From IMG/VR virus record IMGVR_UViG_3300020454_000007: a stretch of DNA of 64,000 bases; one strand, given 5' to 3'. The stretch is from an uncultured virus (IMG/VR IMGVR_UViG_3300020454_000007). Lineage: Duplodnaviria; Heunggongvirae; Uroviricota; Caudoviricetes. Every line of letters starts with the position of its first letter. Within the stretch, counting starts at the first letter, position 1. Shown here one piece after another: positions 57,413-64,000 of this stretch. The position numbers were made by a program, and so were the translations under genes. A model generated the notes under the pieces. It did no database searches. It was not told the DNA's origin and worked only from the letters and a program-made list of their open reading frames with translations.

Positions 57413-59304
57413 TGGCTATTAGCTCTGCTGGACAACAGAAGTCATTGTCTGACTTGGCTACAGAGATGGGCATCGCTGCTAATCAGCCCGTCTCCCTAGG
57501 TAATATACAGACACGATTCTTTCTCAGTAACTCAGGAGGAATCACCGTTGATGCTTCTGCAGCAATTGGACTTGATTCATTCTCAGATAAAGAATATATC
57601 GTTCAAGATGCTTACATCGCAACGGTTGGTGTGAAAGATAGTGGTAATACAACCACCCTGCTTGCAAGCACACATGCTGGTGAGGTTGAATTAAGTCACC
57701 CGAAGCTTGGTCAAGGCATCTGGCCTGCAGATCCTAAGGTCGCCAATGAATCTGAATACTATTACTTCCGCATTACGTTTACTGATCCTATCTGTAATAG
57801 AACAGGTGAAGATATTTACTTTGTTGTTGAACTAGAAGATACAACAGACTTTGATTGTAGGTTTAGAGATAGTGCATTCGATCAAGGATTAGGTACGTTG
57901 CCACCTACTGGGGCTCCAGCTACACAACCTGCTATTGACTTTAAAACAAATGGCACGTACGTACAGAGCACTAAAGCTATGTGCAAGTTGGTTAGTGGCA
58001 GTAATCAAAAAGTACAAGTCGTAGAATTCTCAACAAAAGCTGGAAGTAGCGCAACTAAGTTTGGACCATTCTATTGGGCAACTGAGCCGACAAACAGTAA
58101 TGGGATAGGCCAAACACCACTAGATGTTATCAACCAAACGGAGAATGATTTCATTGAAGTGCAGTATGTAGTTGTAGGTGGAGGTGGTAACGCCGGTCAA
58201 CTCCAAGGTGGTGGTGGAGGTGGAGGAGGTGTCTCCTTCAATGAGACATATAGTTTGATGATTCCAAACAACTTGAAGATGACATCTAGGGTGGCACCTC
58301 AGTTTACTGGAGGGTACATCCGTGATGCAACTGGCACTGATATGAACTTGGCTAGTGGCTTAGGTGCAGTAGAAGAAGCCAACTCACGTTTTGGCGCTGG
58401 TACTTTTGATCTAAAGTTTCTTACCGTTGGGTACTCAGGCGGGACTTGTTATCTAGAACTAGAAGACCATACGTTTAGTCGCAGTGTTTATAAGATCTAC
58501 GGAAGTGGCGGCGGTGGCGGAGGCTCCTGGTTCTCTCCTGGGCCGTACTACTCCAGTGTGCCTGATTCAACTTTCACCGACACTCCAAAACAACTTACAA
58601 CTCGTCAAGATGGTTTAAGCACCTCTACTTACGGAACTGCGCCTGAAGACGGTAACTGGTTAGCCGGTGGTAGCGGAGCCGGTTCTTATTGGAGTCCTGG
58701 TTACTTTGTTTATGGAGTAGCAGGCGGCGATGGTGGAGTTGGCAAGTGGCGCTATGCCGGTGGAGGCGGCGGAGGTGGTACTCGTTCAGTGAGTGGTTCC
58801 GCTGGAGGTAATGGCTCAGGTGATGGCAGTACTACCTTGTCTAATCACATAGCGGGTGTTGGTGGTAATCCGGTGTTTGTTGGAGGTAGAGATAACAATT
58901 ATCACGGTCAAGGCGGTGCTGGTGCTGGAGGAACCACAGGCACAGCTCTTAACGGAGCTGGCGGTGCTTTGACTGAACAAAGTAAGCCTGCTCCTGCCGG
59001 AAGTCACGGCTATGGATATGACGCAGCTGGTACTAAAGATGATTCAAGAGGAGGCGGTGCTGCTCCTGGACAACAATTAACGGAACCACATCGTCAGGGT
59101 GGCTTTGGTATTGTCAAGTTATACTGGAACTTGTCTACAAGCTTTGAGCTGAAGATTCTTTCAACATCTAATCAAGGTTTAAATACCATTACTAACGCTG
59201 GTGGGAAGTACTTGCACTATGACAAAGGTGACAATGAAATTTTCTACATTGACACAGCGCTGCATAATACCGATGGTAGTTGGAAAGCTAGCGTAATCAA
59301 TTAG
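57412..59304 (+). CDS. Glycine-rich fibre-tip/adhesin-like protein
   Basis: VQYVVVGGGG, multiple Gly tracts, GGFGIVKLY; TGATG-coupled to the fibre gene. Confidence 0.75.
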   Translation: MAISSAGQQKSLSDLATEMGIAANQPVSLGNIQTRFFLSNSGGITVDASAAIGLDSFSDKEYIVQDAYIATVGVKDSGNTTTLLASTHAGEVELSHPKLGQGIWPADPKVANESEYYYFRITFTDPICNRTGEDIYFVVELEDTTDFDCRFRDSAFDQGLGTLPPTGAPATQPAIDFKTNGTYVQSTKAMCKLVSGSNQKVQVVEFSTKAGSSATKFGPFYWATEPTNSNGIGQTPLDVINQTENDFIEVQYVVVGGGGNAGQLQGGGGGGGGVSFNETYSLMIPNNLKMTSRVAPQFTGGYIRDATGTDMNLASGLGAVEEANSRFGAGTFDLKFLTVGYSGGTCYLELEDHTFSRSVYKIYGSGGGGGGSWFSPGPYYSSVPDSTFTDTPKQLTTRQDGLSTSTYGTAPEDGNWLAGGSGAGSYWSPGYFVYGVAGGDGGVGKWRYAGGGGGGGTRSVSGSAGGNGSGDGSTTLSNHIAGVGGNPVFVGGRDNNYHGQGGAGAGGTTGTALNGAGGALTEQSKPAPAGSHGYGYDAAGTKDDSRGGGAAPGQQLTEPHRQGGFGIVKLYWNLSTSFELKILSTSNQGLNTITNAGGKYLHYDKGDNEIFYIDTALHNTDGSWKASVIN

Positions 59305-59340
59305 TAGATAAAATTGTAGTAACACTCAAAGAGTACACCC

Positions 59341-62022
59341 GTGGCGATACTTAACTTCCCCAACAATCCGAGTAATGGTGATACGTATATAGAAAACAAC
59401 GTCACCTACACATATATTGGCACGTCTCCGAATGGCTTTTGGCAAGCAGATAATGGGAATGCACTGGAAGATATTTATGTAAACCGTAGTGGCGATACTA
59501 TTACTGGTGATGTTACGATCACCACGCTGTCAGGTACTGGCACTCGCAGCCTTGGTGTAGACAGTGCCGGTAAATTGCAAGTCGTTACCAGCAGTGGTGG
59601 TGGAGCAGCTTCTCCTTATGTGGATGAAAGTGGCGACACAATGACGGGTGACCTGCTTTTTAATGCTAAAGCTCAAATTAAAGCTGATAGTGGTAAAGCA
59701 ACATTTGGTGGTACGGGCACACCCCGTGAGCAAGTCGAACTTACAGCAAGTGGTGATGTAGCCCTTGAGTTGAACTCCAGTGGCGCTAAGTTTGCACAAC
59801 TTAAGCTGAAGACAGCTGGCGATCTTGAGATAATTGGCGCTGATGGAGATATCAAATTTATTAATGGCAATGCTGATGGTCCAACTGGTACTGAGAAAGT
59901 ACGTATCCACGACGATGGCAATGTAAGCATTGGCACCCCAACAGCAAACGAAGCACAGCTGACATTAGGTCAAGGTACGGGCACGGCTAATGAAGCAATC
60001 GCTATTACTGGCGGTAACACAGTCGCAGGTAAAGGCATACGTATTGGGATGGATTCCAATCAAGATGCGTACATTAGCCAAAGAGACGACAAGAGCATTC
60101 TTCTCTACACGAACTTGTTGAAGCGGTTCACCGTAGATAACGTAGGTCGCGTGATGATGAATGTTGACCAGCCGTCTACTGCTGGCGCAGCTGGACTTAC
60201 TGTCGCTGAACCTGGCGATATCAACACTGGTATCCAGATTCGTACTTCTACAACTGGTCAGGGCAGCATTCAATTTGGAGATTCAAACAGTGGCACTGAC
60301 GCATATAAAGGTTATATAACCTACGATCACGCCAATGACGATTTAGTAGTTGGCACTAACGCTACAGAAGCATTAGTTATAGGTTCAGATGGTCGTATTG
60401 CTATCAATCAAACAGGGTGGTCTAGCACTGCAGGTATTGAGTTAAATCAAGAAGCCACAGCAATGCACGGCATTCAAATCAATTCTTCGACAAGCGATAA
60501 AGCCAGTATTGGTTTTTATGCTGGTTCAAGTGTGTGGGGAATCGGTACTGACAGTAATAATGCAGATTATATGAACCTCTTCTATGACGCCGCCACTCGT
60601 TGGTCGATGGATGGTAACGGTAATATCAGTAACTACGTATCCAACGTCCTCAACACATATCACACCAACGTCACATTATGGTCAGGTAGTGATAACGGCA
60701 CCATCAACATAGGCTTCCGTAACAACACGACTGGTCCTGGTGCAAACTCAGGCTTAGACCTTCTTTATGATGACGTCGATCTAAAGCTGTTGAACCACGA
60801 AGATGGTGGAATCTTCTTTGGTCATAACGGTTCTCTGCATTCAGGTTTTGACAGTGAAGGTCGATGGCTTATTGGTGCTACTGGTTTTAACTTTAATCAA
60901 GCACTGATCCCTGGATCAAACGCAGCTGTAATTGTCAAGGGCAATGCAAGTAGCACCTCTGATGGACGCATTCTTTTAGCTAACGACGGTGCAATTGGAT
61001 CTGGTCTAGGTCATTCGACAGCTCTAGGAACCATCACGTTTGGTGATAATACTGGCAGTGAGTTTGGACGTATCACTTGTGAGACCGGCCCATCTCCTGA
61101 CCCTACAGGAACTGACTACCCTGGTGAGTTGCGCTTCTTCACTAACAGTGGCAGCAACGCTACTGGAGCTACTGTGAAGATGACGCTCGATAAAGAAGGG
61201 AAGCTGGGCCTCAATTCAACACAACCTAAGTCAGACCTTCATATCTACAGGACGGATACGCCAACCATACGCTTCACGAACAATCACTCGAACAACGGTG
61301 CAGATGATGGTACTCGTATGGGTCTACGAAATAACGATGACTGGGAGATAAGGAACAAAGAATCAGGTGGCTATATTTACTTCTCGCCTGGTGACAGAGA
61401 ATCTATCTGTTTAGAGCCTACAGGATTACAAACTATCTACAGCGACAATGGTAACTTCAGTCTGGAAGTTTCTACTGCTCGGGCATCAGGCAGCAGCACT
61501 GCTTTGTTTAACGGGTATCACAGCGGCACCAGCACTTCCGCACGTGGAACTAACGTCGTTAAGATAACGTCAGATGGCAACATTACAAATGTAAACAATA
61601 GCTACGGTGCACTGTCGGATATTAAAATTAAAACAAATATCGTTGATGCACAGTCGCAGTGGAATGATGTGAAGGAAGTTCGCTTGGTGAACTATGAGTA
61701 CAAAGATTCTGTTGCTTATGGTGAAGGATCACGCTTAGGTGTAATCGCACAGGAGATTGAACTAATCAGCCCTGGCTTGGTCGAGACTACCGACGACTTG
61801 ATTACGCAGCAAGTTCCTCAGTGGGACTCCGAAGGTAATCCCATCATTGACACAGACGGTAACCAGCTGAGTGAAACTGTCACTCAAAAGACTGGTAGTC
61901 AAACCAAGAGCGTGAAGTACTCCGTGCTTTTCACTAAAGCATTGGGTGCTTTACAAGAAGCAATGGAGCGCATTGAGCAACTGGAAGACGAAGTCAATAC
62001 GTTGAAAGCGGCAAACCAATAA
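59341..62022 (+). CDS. Long fibre protein with C-terminal peptidase S74 chaperone domain
   Basis: Repeated EKVRI..DGNVSIGT-type beta modules; YGALSDIKIKTNI...LGVIAQEIE...VKYSVL...ALQEAMERIEQLE. Confidence 0.85.
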   Translation: MAILNFPNNPSNGDTYIENNVTYTYIGTSPNGFWQADNGNALEDIYVNRSGDTITGDVTITTLSGTGTRSLGVDSAGKLQVVTSSGGGAASPYVDESGDTMTGDLLFNAKAQIKADSGKATFGGTGTPREQVELTASGDVALELNSSGAKFAQLKLKTAGDLEIIGADGDIKFINGNADGPTGTEKVRIHDDGNVSIGTPTANEAQLTLGQGTGTANEAIAITGGNTVAGKGIRIGMDSNQDAYISQRDDKSILLYTNLLKRFTVDNVGRVMMNVDQPSTAGAAGLTVAEPGDINTGIQIRTSTTGQGSIQFGDSNSGTDAYKGYITYDHANDDLVVGTNATEALVIGSDGRIAINQTGWSSTAGIELNQEATAMHGIQINSSTSDKASIGFYAGSSVWGIGTDSNNADYMNLFYDAATRWSMDGNGNISNYVSNVLNTYHTNVTLWSGSDNGTINIGFRNNTTGPGANSGLDLLYDDVDLKLLNHEDGGIFFGHNGSLHSGFDSEGRWLIGATGFNFNQALIPGSNAAVIVKGNASSTSDGRILLANDGAIGSGLGHSTALGTITFGDNTGSEFGRITCETGPSPDPTGTDYPGELRFFTNSGSNATGATVKMTLDKEGKLGLNSTQPKSDLHIYRTDTPTIRFTNNHSNNGADDGTRMGLRNNDDWEIRNKESGGYIYFSPGDRESICLEPTGLQTIYSDNGNFSLEVSTARASGSSTALFNGYHSGTSTSARGTNVVKITSDGNITNVNNSYGALSDIKIKTNIVDAQSQWNDVKEVRLVNYEYKDSVAYGEGSRLGVIAQEIELISPGLVETTDDLITQQVPQWDSEGNPIIDTDGNQLSETVTQKTGSQTKSVKYSVLFTKALGALQEAMERIEQLEDEVNTLKAANQ

Positions 62023-62758
62023 CTTGGAAGGCACGACGGGTATAGTCCCGCCTATCTTGGTAACCGTTTGGTAGGTACTTGCCGTTAACGCGAGCGCCTA
62101 CTTCATCAACATTAGGATTCGTTTTACAATACGAGATCATTTCGTTGTCGTACCACCAGAATCCGCTAATACTCCAAGGATACATTTCTGACGTGTAGGT
62201 TTTACCTACTTCCATAATCTTATTGTCGTACTGACTTTTTTTCTGTAGGTAATCACTAAAGCTTTGGTGGTTGTATCTGCCTGTGACTTGAATCCAGCCT
62301 GTTCCAGCGAACTTAACCCCGTCGCCTGGATAGATGTTGCCAAGATCACGGCGATATTCATAATTACTTCCAGAGTGCAGTTCGACGGGATAGCGCAGCC
62401 CAGCAGATTCGTGACCGCACTGCCCCAAAAAATATGCAAGGTTTAAGTCGTCAAAATCATACAGCTCATAGCACTCCCGTAAGTCATTCATCAGACTATC
62501 TGGTAGTGACTTAGGGTCACACAACATAATTTCCCCAAGCTGCTCCTTAGTTATCGGCCAGTCACCTGCCTTTACAGGCTTAGATTCTATTTCATTACGG
62601 TAAGTCATAATCCAATCAGCGTCTGTATAAAGCTGGTTGTTAAACATTGACTTATTGATCTCGTCATACAGCAGCCCGATTGCTCGATGCTGATGTGGCT
62701 CATCAGCGTAGTATTTAAAGAAGTTTTTGAATTCTTCGAAGGTAAGTTTTTTCGCCAT
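61994..62758 (-). CDS. Glycoside hydrolase family 19 endolysin
   Basis: AYFLGQCGHES, YEYRRDLGN...GDGVKFAGTGWIQVTGRYN, VNG..NGYQDR. Confidence 0.88.
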   Translation of the reverse strand: MAKKLTFEEFKNFFKYYADEPHQHRAIGLLYDEINKSMFNNQLYTDADWIMTYRNEIESKPVKAGDWPITKEQLGEIMLCDPKSLPDSLMNDLRECYELYDFDDLNLAYFLGQCGHESAGLRYPVELHSGSNYEYRRDLGNIYPGDGVKFAGTGWIQVTGRYNHQSFSDYLQKKSQYDNKIMEVGKTYTSEMYPWSISGFWWYDNEMISYCKTNPNVDEVGARVNGKYLPNGYQDRRDYTRRAFQVIGLPLSTY

Positions 62759-62818
62759 TGGTATAACCTTTTACCTGCATTCTACACCTTACAATGTATA
62801 TATCGGTAAAGTAAGGTT

Positions 62819-63094
62819 ATGACACCTCAAGAGCGACAAAAATTTTGGGACGCAGTTGAAAGTGGAGATAACCCTCTGCTGTCAGTTATGCACGGACTCA
62901 CTGAAAAGTGGGGACTACCCGCAATCATTATGTGCCTTGGAGATATCGGACACATTCTTTCTGAGGATGCTTTGGATGCTGAGCTAACGCCACATCAACG
63001 CGGTCTGATCATTGGTGCCTGTGCCCAAGTCTGTCAACTGAGCGATCAAATGCACGCCGAGATGGACCACTTACAAGAGATTGAATCCTCATGA
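62819..63094 (+). CDS. Hypothetical protein
   Basis: 91 aa; TACAAT at 62790. Confidence 0.65.
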   Translation: MTPQERQKFWDAVESGDNPLLSVMHGLTEKWGLPAIIMCLGDIGHILSEDALDAELTPHQRGLIIGACAQVCQLSDQMHAEMDHLQEIESS

Positions 63095-63252
63095 GCCCTG
63101 AAGAACTAACCAACTGGCAGAAAATCAAAGATCACTTTGAAGGACTGCCCGAAGAAAAACGCGACAACTACTTCTACAAGCGAGCCGTAGCCATCACAGC
63201 TGGTGAGGTTGATCCAATGGAGCAGCCCCTGTGGAAACCGGATGATAAGTAA
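63091..63252 (+). CDS. Small hypothetical protein (53 aa)
   Basis: Manually found MSPEELTNWQKIKDHF...YFYKRAVAITAGEVDP; ATGA-coupled. Confidence 0.65.
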   Translation: MSPEELTNWQKIKDHFEGLPEEKRDNYFYKRAVAITAGEVDPMEQPLWKPDDK

Positions 63253-63309
63253 GGCTTATCGTTAGCTTCACTTAGGCGTGCTAATTTGTGGTGAACAACG
63301 TCAATCAAT

Positions 63310-63333
63310 AGGGTGCGAATCCCACCCTCTCCG
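63310..63333 (+). other. Candidate attP core resembling a tRNA 3' end (Ser-like)
   Basis: CGAATCCCACCCTCTCCG = T-loop end, 3' T-stem, acceptor strand and G discriminator; 79 nt upstream of the recombinase. Confidence 0.6.
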
Positions 63334-63412
63334 TTTTTGACACATAAGGTTGCTATTTTGCAGCTTTGTCAATAAACTATTGATAGGCGTTGCTTATATA
63401 CAACCACACACA

Positions 63413-64000
63413 ATGAAAGTCTCTGAACTTGTCGAAGAACTCAAGGAACTTTATCCAAAGTTCGCACCATCTACCTATCTGTACTGGCAAAAATCGATAA
63501 AACCAATTGCAGACCTGGATACCCAGGAGGTTACGAAAGCCACTGCAAGAAAATACAGAGTGCAGTCATTGCAGTCAATGTCGGAGAATACCGTACTCAG
63601 ACGCATTGCATATCTCAAGTCGATCTGGACCAAAGGCTTGTACTGGGAACTACTGTCCGGCACTAACCCGTGGCAACACGCAGCAGATGGGTTAATCAAA
63701 AAAGATCGTGAACCGGAGTACCACCCTTGGGAGTTCTACGAGCCATATCACGAGCATCCCTGGTTCAGGATCCTGTGGTATACCGGAGCAAGGATTGCAG
63801 AGGTAGCTGCATTAGATCCTAAAAATATTGTTATGAACGCTTCTATCCCATACGTAAATTTCGTAAATCAACCTAACCGTAAGCTGAAGAATCCTTCGTC
63901 AAAGCGTAAGGTTCCCCTGCACCCTTCTACTTGGGATTACATCGAAGACTTCAAACCTACGAAGATGACATACAACCATGGTCATCGTTGGAGCTATGAC
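63413..64000 (+). CDS. int: Tyrosine recombinase / integrase (truncated by window end)
   Basis: Manually translated; ILWYTGARIAEVAAL (catalytic Arg) and KLKNPSSKRKVPLHP (catalytic Lys). Confidence 0.88.
   Translation, partial: MKVSELVEELKELYPKFAPSTYLYWQKSIKPIADLDTQEVTKATARKYRVQSLQSMSENTVLRRIAYLKSIWTKGLYWELLSGTNPWQHAADGLIKKDREPEYHPWEFYEPYHEHPWFRILWYTGARIAEVAALDPKNIVMNASIPYVNFVNQPNRKLKNPSSKRKVPLHPSTWDYIEDFKPTKMTYNHGHRWSYD

Noticed and set aside
48544..62022. Diversity-generating retroelement or invertible fibre switch
   Set aside because: No reverse transcriptase, TR/VR pair or inverted fibre cassettes seen in the window
63250..63335. Complete tRNA gene
   Set aside because: Only the 3' part is tRNA-like; no 5' acceptor strand (GGAGAG), D arm or anticodon arm upstream

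Overview
The whole window is part of a tailed dsDNA phage genome, most likely a cyanophage: it has a compact cyanophage-type class I RNR pair, a cyanobacterial-type RpoD sigma factor, IF-1 and an NblA-like ORF. About 1-18.1 kb is mostly minus-strand early/metabolic genes (RNR alpha/beta, MazG-like pyrophosphatase, infA, thioredoxin-like, DUF932, RHH protein, SSB, many small ORFs) with some virion-type genes interleaved. About 18.2-19.1 kb is a repeat-rich non-coding switch region. About 19.1-62 kb is a plus-strand morphogenesis region (putative internal/ejection proteins, terminase, portal, scaffold, sigma factor, capsid, several fibre genes), followed by a GH19 endolysin, a tRNA-3'-end-like attP candidate and a truncated tyrosine recombinase. 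The most striking unexplained structure is a 40-43 bp element (AACAGCC - GC hairpin with TAAC loop - fixed 16-17 nt - TGTT). It occurs 10 times in full and 4 times as hairpin only, and divides the small early genes into cassette-like units. Other notable signals: three dispersed ~130 bp AACCAC/GTGGTT modules, a recurrent R-x-A-G peptide motif in about a dozen unrelated proteins, -10-only late promoters, a 488 nt portal/scaffold overlap, and a structural-type gene with an in-frame TAG. All calls come from motif recognition by eye; no database searches were run.
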